This document shows positions 27,093 through 39,260 of a stretch of 64,000 bases of DNA, piece by piece. Made by a program: the position numbers and the translations under genes. Position 1 is the stretch's first letter. Each line of letters starts with the position of its first letter. The notes beneath the pieces were generated by a model that was not told where the DNA came from, ran no database searches, and saw nothing but the letters and a program-made list of their open reading frames with translations. Source of the DNA: Callorhinchus milii (lineage: Eukaryota); the NCBI RefSeq assembly GCF_018977255.1, contig NW_024704742.1, positions 19,036,001 to 19,100,000 of the forward strand. The letters are read 5' to 3'.

Positions 27093-30000
27093 ACTATTAT
27101 AACTGAAAGCAAAAGAATAAGCATTTTAGAAAATGTAAAAAAATCACTGTATTCATGTATTGTTTAGGAAATTGAAGTGGAGTTGAACATTGAGGTTTAA
27201 CACTTGGATAATAAACCCACAATTGAAGCAGATGTGTTTCTTTTTGTCAGATATCAGTTTCGGAATACGTTTTTGTAAACGTGTTAAATTGTTTTACGTA
27301 TCATTAAACTTGATGAAGGAAATCATTCACAATCAGCATAATAATAAATCAGAAGATACGGCATTTTTTTTCTGCTCAGCTTACCAAAAGAAAATCAATG
27401 AAGGTTAATTCAATGGAGCCATTCGTCAATATAATATGCAAATGATTCACAGATCTTCATCAATTGTGTTTCCGTTATATTTGCTGCAAAATATAAAAAG
27501 ATATTGACTGAAGGAGCTGATTTCACTTGTTACGACTGTATCATATTCTTCTGGCTTGTCGAGCTTAAGTTTTAGAAGAACATTAGTATCGACATACACT
27601 ATATTAGAGTAGAGGCTAACCTCACAGTTTAATTAAACAATGACCTTAATGTGAGGATGTTCCATACATTTTAATTGCTCAAATTTATATTTAATAATCC
27701 TATTATTTCCGTGTACATTTTTTTTTCCATTTGGCACAGTTGCAATGGAAAGCAGCACTGATCTGCTGTACCAAGACTCCAATGTGTTTTTTCACAGTCC
27801 CTGCTATGTCCTTCAGAGTGGTTTAAAATGATAAGGCATTCCATCAACGTTATTGGTACAGAGAGAGAATGATAAATAGAACAGGTGAATGAACATAAAT
27901 ATGCTACTGTGTAATCTATCATCTTTATGAACGCAGATGTCCTGAGAAGCCATCTCAAAGTGCTGAGTCTTTAAAGTGTGACTCACTCTCAGTTCAATAC
28001 TGTTAAGTCAGTCAATATTATAATTAAATGTTGAAGGTGCGATAAAGAAGTCCTGTGATAAAGTAAAGAACAATGACGTGCATAGCTCCACAATTTGATT
28101 TTGGAGCTAGTTGAAGAAAATAATTGAAATGTTATCGGTTACATAAATTGCCAAAGGACAGCATTTGATGCAAGATATTATATGAAATAAGACATGTTAA
28201 TGTATTTTACCAGTGTTTTGTGGATTTAACAATAGGTTGTTTATAGTTTTAGACAAGCTGGTTTTGTTTTAAATTAAAAAAAAGACTCTTTTGAGTTTTT
28301 TGCCACATATATTTCCTGCTGAAAGGATGGACTGGAGTTCTCTATGAGCAAGCAGTGCACCTCAATAACTGACAGAAAATATTCACAGGACAATAGTACA
28401 TGATATCGGCCACTCACTCCATGGCTGTGGGTGGAAAGTTGATGTGCGCAAATTTGGCTGTCACATTTGCCTTCAAAATATACACAGTTACATCACTTTA
28501 CAATATATCCTGTGAAGTGCTTTGAGCTGCCTCGACATCGTGCTTAGATGCTATATCAATTGCCAGGATTATTATTATTATATATTATTATGCTGGCTCC
28601 CTAACTGGTTATATTATCTTCATGGGAGTATTTCTTTACACAAAGGGGAATGTACAGTTTAACTGTTGTCAGGAATGGTAGTGAAGGCTGAACTTATTTA
28701 GGAAACAGCTTGGTGCTGTTAAAGGGAGGACAAGAACGGCCATTTTGGAAGGTTGACAGCAATTGGGCTGAAAGACCTTCGTCATTTGAACCTCTCTTGT
28801 GATCTAGTGTGAAAACATTTGACTTCTGCTCAGTGAGTCCCTACAATAACATAGTTTAGATAAGGAGCTCATCACTTTAGGAATCTTAAGCATGAACATA
28901 TATCTTCCCACTCCATGAGAGCCAAATATTGTGCTGTCCTGCAATCTCATGGAGGGTTTTAAAAATTACAATTACATATGTTTTATTTGATTATCTGTGA
29001 ACATACTGTTTGCAGTATTTCCCTCTTGTCCACCCTCAATTTACCTGTACTTTCTTTTAGAGACAGTCATGATATGTTACATCACAATCTGTATAGTTGT
29101 ATTTTTGCTTGTCAGCTTATCCCTGTATCTTGTCACAAGCCAGTCTTTGGGTCTTGTTATATCTCGATCTATCCAATTGTCTGGTTACCTGTCAGTCTGT
29201 ACAGTTGTTAAATGTCAGCCCATATAGTTTCTTTTCACATGTCTGTGTGAACCCAGCTGCAAAACAGTTAATTTGCATTTGAAAAGTCACAGACACATTT
29301 GTACACATATTTTTTTTTAAAAAGGGTTTATTGAAATGCATGAAATCATTTTGTTAAATTGAAGTTTTATTTTGTATAATATGAAAATGGATTATAGATT
29401 TTGCATTGTATAATAATAATCCTTTCATTTGATATAGACGATTTGATTTGATTTTGACGATTATCACATCGTCAAAATATCTCAAACCGCTGGATAGGAT
29501 TAACTATATATGGTTGTATACTGACTGATATTTTGTAGGCAAAAGCCAATTTGTGCATAACAATGTCCCACAAGCAATCACTAATTTTATCTACATCCTG
29601 CTGCACTATAATGTACAGTGCTGGGGGGTTGTTGCAGTATTGCAGGACCTGTCCTTCAGATGAGACATTAAACCAAGGGCTTCAAGGGCTTCCCTGCTTG
29701 GAGTATTCTTCTTTTCTCTGTGTATGGTGAAAATAGTAGTTTCAAGCCCTTTTTCTTTTATACCAGGATTTATTTTATGTCAGCTGGCGCTAACTGTCTG
29801 TGGCCGAACCTTCTTCACAATTTATCGTTTCTATTAATGGTCAATTCTTTGTGTAAGAGGCCTATTGCTACATTGTTCTGAACATAAAGCAATTTATTTT
29901 CATTACAGTTTCAAATTGCTACTCATATTATGTTCATGACAAACCGCAATCATAACAGATCCCTGCAACAGTTATGTGCATGCATGAACGCTGTGAAAAA

Positions 30001-30894
30001 GCATGCATACTTGGGCCGTTAGGAATCTGATGTATATAGTGTAGGTTAATTGCGGACAATTTTTATGAATGTGTGGAACTGATTTTTTGCTGATAGCATG
30101 AAAGTAGACGTCAACAGATAGAAAGCTAGGTAGACTCGGGGAGATAGTGAGAGGGAGAGAGAGAGAGAAACAGAGAGAGAGCCTGAGAGAAAGTTAGCAA
30201 GACCATCATAGAGAGAGAAGGGCTGCTATAATGAGCTTCCATGACACCAATAGAGAATACTTGAACCGTGAAACCTGCACCCGCTCCACTCCTCAGAGAA
30301 ATTAGGCCAATTAACATTAACACAAGAATTTATCGAAATTCTAATGACAGAATACAAACTATAAGGTCCTCTGTGGTTGACTTGAATGTGCCGATTATGA
30401 TCTAGATATTAGCTACATTATGTCACAAGAGATTGCTTGTTGGAAAAACGGAGGCATAAATAGTGCTTTGACACTGGAAAATGCACCCCAAGATATGAAG
30501 TGAGTACTGCAGGGAACAGCTTGCAACATCACCCTAACTTGTGAGAATTTTGGTGTGAGGTTAGGCTTGAAGGCTCTAGGGAGGGATCAAATTGTCATTT
30601 ACACTGCATTTATGCAAGCAGCCTTTCTGAACTCCATTATAATGGAGAAATTTACCCCTTGCACTTCCGGTGTGCAAAAAATATATTGGACAACTCCTTA
30701 AATCTCACTTTATTTTTGGTCAGCCAGGTGCCTGACAGCTGCGGAAACCCATGCTTAAGAGTATCCAAACCAAGCCTTAAATCTCCTAGTGGGTAAATGC
30801 ACTGCATGGTACATCACTGTACAACATAGATCAAAGGGTCACAGCTTTAAATTCGTAGTCTTCACTGATTCTAGCACTTTGGGCCACTAACAGG

Positions 30895-31100
30895 CATCAG
30901 CTTGACTCAGCTGGTAGCACTCTCATATCCTGGTCAGAAGCTTGTTCATTCAACCCCCACATTGAGACATTGAACTTATACAATCTAGGCTAACACTCCA
31001 GTATAATATTGAAGCCCACTGCCTTGTTTGAAGTGCTGTCCTTTGGATGAGACATGAAACTTAAATCTCATCTGACTTTCAGATGGGTGTTAAAGAAAAC
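30895..31100 (+). mobile_element. Deu-like SINE, 5' half
   Basis: Similar to the head and GGATGAGACAT core of the 11540 element. Confidence 0.55.
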
Positions 31101-32024
31101 ACCCATCTGAACAAGCTTTTTTTTAAAAAAAGAGCAAAGGAACATTTGCGCAGCATTATTTCACAGAAAGGATAATAGAAATCTAAAACATTGCCAAAGA
31201 AGTCCATTAAAACGGAAGTTTTCAACGGATTCAAGAAGCAACAACTTTCTTATCAGATGTTATTATGTCTTATGGGGAGAGATGGGATTCAACAACAACA
31301 TATATTAGAACAGCGCCTATCACATCAGGCAGAACACTGAACCAGAGTTGAGCATATTTATCCAAATGATCTTTTTCAATTCCTTAGGTTTCAAGAACCA
31401 ATACTGTGGTTTGATTTGGAGACTTCCTTACCCTGATGAAGGCTTTTGAAAATGGAATTGTTGCATTGCCTCCTCAGTACAGTCCCAAGTCAAATAAGGA
31501 TTTAGCAAAACAAATAAACTTTGAAAACAGGGTTGATTGTCACTGAAGTAGATTAACATATCAGAGAATTAACGGTGGATTATGAATGTTTGATTTGTAC
31601 CCCAAGTCACAACCATTCTTAGGGCATCTTTGTGCTGAGACTAATAATACAACGGTGTGCATGTTTTAAAATAATTCCTCCTTGAGGGAAGGTAAGCAGT
31701 GTCTCATTGGAGCTGATCTGCTTCCAAGATATTATGCTTTGCAACTGAATATTGGAATCAAGCCAACTGTCTCTCCTGGGCTTGGTTGACTAGTTCCTGA
31801 CCCATGTGGATGTCCGAAGGTCAAGCGCTCAGGGACGCTACCCCGCAGGAAGGGCGCTATATAAATGCAAGTTGTTGTTGTAAGGCACTGCTGCCTAATT
31901 GTTGGGACTTAAGGGGTAGACACTGGCGACAGGGATTCTTCGATGTAGCTCCTGGTAACTCTGTAAGCCAAGGCCCTAGTTAGACAAACAGTGGGAAGCT
32001 TAACAGACAGTGCTTTCAATGGCA

Positions 32025-32240
32025 ATAATAATAATAATAATAATAATCCTTGCATTTGATATAGCGCTTTTCATGTCTTCCCGACGTCTCAGAGCGCTTC
32101 ACAGAATATGCTATAAAGTGAATTGAAGGTCTATTTGTGGGCGAAATGCGGCAGCCAATTGCGCACAGCAGTGTCCCACCAACAGTCGTGGATTGAAAAT
32201 GACCAATTTATTATTGTTTTGTTTTGGAGGGATTATTATA
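32025..32240 (-). mobile_element. Young SINE, 3' half
   Basis: High similarity to the 51406 copy, with a (TAA)n tail. Confidence 0.85.
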
Positions 32241-33457
32241 AGCTCTGTGGTTTAGTTGGTTAACCTCCAGCAATACCCCAAGCGCACACTGTGGGGTCCC
32301 TAAGCCTTGGCTCTTGCCAGCCTGTGCCTATTGCTCCTTGGAATTAAGCAAAAAGGGTGCATTACTCTGGGTAGCTTCTGGTTAAGTGTAATTACAGTGT
32401 TGATACTGGCATTTACCGGCTTTTTCAATGCTGAAAAATGCTGGTACCGGCATTGAAATTGTTTGAATTCTGCAAGCAGACAATAGTTTATAAGCTACCT
32501 TCTGCTCACATTCGGATTTCAAACTAAGTCGATAGCCCTGACCACTGAAGTCCAGCAAGGACAGTGAGGTGGGGACGTGTGCTATGAGAGTGAGTCAGCG
32601 GGAGTATACATGCTCGAGAACCTGCAGAATTTTTTTTAAAATTCTATTTCAAGTCTGGTCTGACTATATACAAATTCTGGCTATCCAGAGACCAGGATGC
32701 CCGGCGTTTACTGTAAATTTAGAACCCAAAATGTTTTGATTATGCTTCAAAATATCTCCCTTCTTGGCCTTCAAGGCGCTTCAAGGATTTTTTTAAAGTC
32801 AGATGGATATCTGTCACACACCAAACCCATCGCCATGCTGAAGAATGGTTATAAATATCCAAACCGAGTGAGATTTCCTCATATATATGGATATTTCCGT
32901 GTGTCTCGATGGACTGTGCAAGCTCTCCCCAGAGGATTGCGTTCACCTTGTATAATGTGTGTTTGGAGGTGCTCTAGGCTACATATTTAGTGATAGCAGA
33001 GTGAACAGTTACTCTGGACACATCCTGTTCTGCTCACTGCGCGTTTAATGCAATGCACTTTTGAAAGCAGCAGCAACTTGCATATACGGTATAAAGTGTT
33101 CTTCACATAGGCACAGCAACTGAGGCTCGGACATTGAAGGATCGGGGGGATGCACAGCAGAACTGTGTTAGGTGAGCTGAACAATCATTCTCCTTCACAA
33201 TTGGCAACAAGAATAGTCATTTCAGTTGTTATTTCCTGCCAATGTTTCTCCTCTGATTTTCTCTTCTCCTGAAGATGTTTCCTTTTTTTTAGTACAGCTT
33301 CTCTGGTGTATTGGATACTGTATGGTACTTCACTCAAGTGGCTATTATGCATTTGGGAGCTTTGAGAGTGAGCTCTGACTATGAAGAGCATCAGTCGAGC
33401 CTGAGCAAGTCCTCCCCTGAAGTCCACATACGCACATTCCAGTAGGAACTTATGGAT

Positions 33458-33835
33458 AACAACAACTTGCATTTATGTTTATATGGGCAGAGGCTCAGAG
33501 TGCTTAACAGTGGCGGAGCCTGACGCCAAGCCAGGCCGAGGGAGGGGGTAACCGTAAGTACAGTTGAAGAGGAAGGTCTTCAGTTGTGATCTAAAAGAGG
33601 GGAAGAAGGGGGCAGGGCAGATAGATTTGGGGAGAGAGTTCCAAAGCTTCGGGCATAGTGACTGAAAGTGCGGATGCTGATGGTGGAGCGGAGAGGACGA
33701 GAGACAAACAGGAGGCCAGAGCCCGCTGATCGGAGACAGCGGGTAGTGGAGCGGGGAGAAATCAGGTCAGAAAGGTAGGGAGATGCCAGGACGTGAAGGG
33801 ATCTGTTACAAGTGAGAGGATCTTGAAATCAATAA
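33458..33835 (-). mobile_element. L2-type LINE 3' fragment
   Basis: (CAA)n tail + TTGCATTTAT, and a purine-rich body like 34758 and 43705. Confidence 0.65.
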
Positions 33836-34757
33836 AGATCGTCAGGAGCAGAAATCCTTGATAACTGTCCCCTTCCAAACTCAATGGCGCTGAGGCTCAT
33901 TGTAACATCCTATCTGCTGCTCTGGCTGAGATAAGCTATGTCAGCACACTTCAGAAATTAATTCTGCAACCTTCAGGTCTGGCTTACTGCTTGAGTGACT
34001 TACTTGATGCATATTCGGAATTGAAAGGGTGGAGTCCAAAATTGTAATCTATCAGCCTTCATTGATAGTTGGCCCAAGTCATAATGTTTAAGAAAGTAAT
34101 GTGGTAATGAATCTAAAATCTCCATATAAATTGGTCATTCACTTCATGGCTGTTTGTTGGACATTGCTGCGCACAAATTGGCTGCTATGTTCACATACTA
34201 CAAGAGATATTAAATATCATTATGTATGAATTGTTACAATGACTTGGCAGTCTCAGGGCTCAGAAGGTTAGCAGTTTGCAATATTATTCTAATGTTAGTA
34301 CGAGAAATGTTGAAGTGCAGTTAATAATAATTATACATTCTTTAGTTCACTATATTAAAGTTATTGTTTGCACTGGCATTTATTAAATCCCTGTCAGCCT
34401 GGCTCAGGTATCATACTCTTATATCTGAGTCAGAGCGTGTCAGGGATTTTGGTCGAGACTGACACCACAATGCAGGAAAGGAGATACCATCCTTCAGATG
34501 AAACTTTATGCCAAGGTCCTATCTACCCGTTTAGGTGGACATTAAAAATCCCATAACATTATTTGAAATGTATTTCTCCTAGTTTCATGGCCAACAATCC
34601 TCCAGTTCAATGGATCATTCATCTCTTGGCTATTGAATGGGACATTGCTGTGCGAAAATTGTCTGCCACATTTACCAAATACACAGTCACTACACTTAAC
34701 TGTAAATACTATGCAGTGTTTAGACATTCTTCAAATGTCATAAGGGCACTGTGTCAA

Positions 34758-35232
34758 ACACAACAACAACAACAACAACAACAACAAGATTGCATTTATA
34801 GAGCGCCTTTCACGTCGGGAGGACATCCCAAGGCGCTGGACAGTTGGGTCAGGACCCGAGCAGGGGGGAAATGGTCAGGGTGAGGGGAGGGAAGAGAGGG
34901 AGCGAGGAGGGGGTAGAGAGTCGAGAGGGGAGGTGAAGGCACGGTCAAAGAGAAAGGTCTTGAGACCGGCCTTGAAGGAGGAAAGGGAGGAGGCAAGGCG
35001 AAGGCACTGGGGGAATGGAGTTCCAGAGCCTGGGGGCTGAGAGGCTGAAGGCCCGGCCACCGATGGTAGGGCGGTTGGGCGGGGGGTGTGGAGCAGAGCG
35101 GAGCCAGAGGAACGGAGGGTATGAGCAGGTAAGTAGGAGGATAGTAGGTCGGAGAGGTAGGAGGCCTCTCTATTAAAATTAAAATTAAGGCCGTGAATGG
35201 CCTTGTAGGTGAGGATGAGGATGTTGAATTCT
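34758..35232 (-). mobile_element. L2-type LINE 3' fragment
   Basis: SSFKAGLKTFLFDRAF remnant, 3' stem-loop and (CAA)n tail. Confidence 0.8.
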
Positions 35233-35383
35233 TATTATTGTTATAATTCGTCTGATGTCATAAATATACTTGGCAAATTCAAATAATTTAGTGCTTCGAG
35301 ACGTCCTCCCGCCATGAAAGGTTATATAAGTATAATTTTATTTTATTGTGTATAATTCAAGTGTTTCTCTTTCTCTCTCTCAG

Positions 35384-35623
35384 TCTGTTCCCAGTTTTCA
35401 AGAGGTGTCTACGCCATTTTTGGATTTTATGACAAGAAGTCTGTAAACACGCTTACGTCATTCTGTGGGACATTGCACGTTTCATTCATTACCCCAAGCT
35501 TCCCTGCAGATGGCTTACACCAATTTGTCATACAGATGAGACCAGACCTCAAGGGTGCTCTTCTGAGTTTGATTGAGTATTATCAATGGACCAAGTTTGC
35601 TTACTTGTATGACAGCGACAGAG
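35384..35623 (+). CDS. GRIA2: GRIA2 exon 3 ([20 protein letters not shown]...FAYLYDSDR)
   Basis: Translated by hand (missing from the ORF track); acceptor ctctcag, donor GTACCT, 240 nt. Confidence 0.96.
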
Positions 35624-37117
35624 GTACCTATATTTTCAATACAATTTAACTTTACCTTAGAATTATATTATGGTTGTGCAGGACTATTTTGCTGTACCGT
35701 AATCATTTAGATGAATAAAAATGTTAAAGTATTACCCACAAGTTATGAATGTCAAACCAGATTTCAACTTGATTTAAGTGATGTGAGACAAATGTTTTTA
35801 ATTTCCCCATTCAGTTATATGACTTAGAGTTGGTATTTTTTTCAAATCAAGTAGCGTTGCAATATATAGAGGGATAAGGGGCTAATTCTCCAAAGATCAC
35901 TACATTGACAGACTACACTGGACAAGAACACTACATTCTCCAAAAGCCTGTAAATTCAGACGTTGGGAGTGTGACCTTGGTGTTGTGAGCTTGTTATTTT
36001 CTGCTATTATCTGTACCACTGGGCCATTTCTTGTACAACAAATTTTGCTTTCCATGGATATTTTCATTCTTTCCCAGCTTTTGTGGGGGAAAACATAGAA
36101 TAAAAAATAACTTCCTTGTAATGCAGGTCTGAAGTTAATGTCTTTGGGTTCTGTTATGATTTACACATTGGTTTTATAATTGTATAAGATCTACCCACAT
36201 ATCTAATGGACACCATCTCCATTTTACTGCATGCAGCTGTTGGTATCGTGAAGTAGTTAATATATATACATATAATTTTGAGGTTATATAAATGCTATGA
36301 AGTGTAAAATATATTCAGAAAAAAGGTTACACCTGGACTTATTTAGGATAATAATACATAAATGATTGTGATTTTTTTCTTTCACTCATTTGGAAGACTG
36401 CTTCAGTCTAATCATGGTCATAAATTCAGACATGCAGTTTGCAGTTATTTTTGAGTTCATCCTTTGTCTCTCCCCATTACATTTTTACAATTGAGTAGTT
36501 ATATAGCCCACAAGAGTAGAGAGTGGGGATGGAATCATAGCTTATTCTCCATTGATTATTTGAATCAACTGATGGGTACTGGGGTTAGAGCCATTGTCTC
36601 TGTTTCACATGAGATTGTCTCTGTTTCACAGTTGGACCCCATTATACTGTAGTGGTTTAGGTGCATAAAATCGGTGCCCATATCGTAATGGGTCCTATTA
36701 TAAAAATGGCCATTGATCAGTGCTTCCAGGTTATCAGGTTGTTACTGACGTAATTTCCGCCTCCTGATGCAAGTGGGCCAGTCAGTGGTGACTGCTCTTG
36801 CGAGTGTTTCCAGCGGTTGCTGTGACACAACTGATGCTCGGAAACCTTCTGAACCTGCCTGCCATTTTTGTTCAGCTAACACAGGCCTGCACCTGTGCCC
36901 CTGACTGCTCCTCAGTGTAACAGATTCTGACTGTTGATCAATCTTTGATCATAGGCTGGGACTGAACCTCCTTAAAAACCCACATTTCACATCTTGACTG
37001 TACTCAATTTCTAATGATGTACAAGGCAAAAAATAGACCCTGAAAGAAAATAGAAAATTACCCAGAACTTTTATTTTGTGTGCGGGTAAAAATTTACTTC
37101 AATGGTCCTTAGTCATA

Positions 37118-37435
37118 TAATAAATAATAATAATTTTTGCATTTGATATGGTGATCTTCACATCTTCTAGACATCTCAAAGCGCTTAACAGAATAAACTG
37201 TAAAGTAAATTGACTATATATTTGTGGGCGAAATGCAGCAGCTACTAACGCACAGCAGCATCCCACAAACAGTCGTAGATTGAAGTTACCAAATTATTAT
37301 TGTTTTTTTTCTTGCGGGATTATTATCAGGCATGTGGAGTAAGTAAACTTCCCAAGATTTCGCCCTTTCGGGAATCGAACCCAGGTCTCTCGCTTGCGAG
37401 GCAAGTGCTCTAACCGCTGAGCTACAGGATTCCAC
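37118..37435 (-). mobile_element. Full-length tRNA-derived SINE
   Basis: Minus strand has A box TAGCTCAGCGG, B box GGTTCGATTCC and a (TTA)n tail. Confidence 0.85.
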
Positions 37436-37560
37436 ATATACATCTGGTTACTGGAAGGAGTGGGCACTCACATTCCTTATTTAAGGAAGTCCAGTTAGAA
37501 GATGTCTGTGTATTAGCCCTGATGGTGAACACATTCTCCTATTACTCTACCCTTTTCCAG

Positions 37561-37757
37561 GATTGTCAGTATTGCAAGCTGTGCTGGATTCTGCTGCTGA
37601 AAACAAGTGGCAAGTCACAGCCATTAATGTTGGAAACATCAAAGACGAAAGGAAGGATGAAGCCTATCGCTCCCTCTTTCAAGATCTGGAAAATAAAAAG
37701 GAAAGACGGGTGATTCTTGACTGTGAGCGAGATAAAGTCAATGACATAATGGATCAG
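37561..37757 (+). CDS. GRIA2: GRIA2 exon 4 ([19 protein letters not shown]...DIMDQ)
   Basis: Acceptor ttttccag, donor GTACAA, 197 nt. Confidence 0.96.
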
Positions 37758-38799
37758 GTACAACTTCTATCATTTAAGTGAATAATTATTACATAGATGT
37801 GCAGAGATTTATTGGGCTGGTTATTAATCATTTAAATGAAAAATCATATTGTCAGGGAGAGTTAGACAGCAAATATTAAATTGTGAAATAGATAATAGCA
37901 ATTTGACATCTTTCATCTCCCATTGAGTTTTTACAGCTACACTATGTATCTTATCTGATGATCAGTCATAGTGTTTATTATTAGATTTTCTTGGAGAATC
38001 AGTGTAAAGTCATTGCAATAAAAGCATGGCTATCACTAATACTGTAAGTACTATTGCAGTTCCATTATAATGCATGCCCACCTTATCACCTTAGTTCCTG
38101 TTGCATGCATACAATTTTCCATGTAATTAAATTCATAATGACTGGTAACAACTCTGTTACGGGAATAGATGGGGAGAAGACTATGGGATTCTATTTGATC
38201 CATTCATTACCAAAAGACCAAAGTAGATGATACTGAATCAGTCACTGAAGAGCATTAGATTGTCAGAACTGCTTAACATATTGAGCAAAGGCTTATTTAT
38301 TATAATAATAGTAAATAATCTGTACATTTGGTATGGCTACTTTCACTTTGGTAGGTTGCCTCAAATTGCTTCACAGGATATACTGTAAAGTGGAGTGACT
38401 AGGTGTTTTGTGGGCAGTCAGTTCTATATGCAGAAAACGTTAAAAATGAAAATTACAAGTAACTTCTGCATTAGATTCGGGAATACAAATTTGTCATGCC
38501 TGGGTTAAAAAATCTGTAAAATCCAGAATAAACCCTTTCTTGTAACTAAAGGGGAATTGTACACAACTGACATTTATGCCTAAGTTAAATGATTATTGAG
38601 AACAATAATGGGATGTTGATGGTGGCCAGACAGCTGTATCTCCCGCTGGTGTCAGAGCTCTTGTTGTTGCCCTGTTCTTTGAAATGAACACTTTCTTTCA
38701 TCCAAGCTCCAGAAAGTAGAACATTTTCCTAACTTTTCCATGGTACCTTTGAACAATGCTATTTTACTCGTCAACCATTAGTAGGGCGGAGGTGCAGCA

Positions 38800-39260
38800 G
38801 TTAAATAACTGCATTTGGTGCAGAAGTCTGGTTAGGCTAGTGAAGGGGTGGGGTAGGAGTGAAGCAATAAGCAGAGGGGTGGGGTAGGAGATCAGGGAGG
38901 TGTGAGAACGTGAAGGGATTTATAGGTGAAGGTGAGGACCTGAAATCGATCCGTTGGGAAACAGGGAGATAGTGGAGCCTGGCAAGGAATGGAGTAATGG
39001 GTGTGCAAAGTTTGATGGGGTAAGGATATGGGTGGCAGAGTTGGGAATAAGTTGGAATTTATCGATAGTGGAGCTAGGAAGAATAGAGAGGAGAGCTCGT
39101 AAAAAGCCCAGGCGGGAAGTAACAAAGGTGTGGATAAGAGTCTTGGTGACATTTGGTGTGTGAGGTGGAGGCGGCGATGTGATGGAAGTGAAGAAAAGCA
39201 GTCTTGGTCAGAGACTAGATGTGAGGGAGAAAGGAGAACTGAGAATCGAACTGGATCAGT
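38800..39260 (-). mobile_element. Older L2 ORF2 fragment
   Basis: FQVLTFTYKSLH remnant on the minus strand. Confidence 0.6.

Noticed and set aside
34563..34883. PolyQ-containing ORF
   Set aside because: The (CAA)n is the antisense L2 tail joined to a SINE
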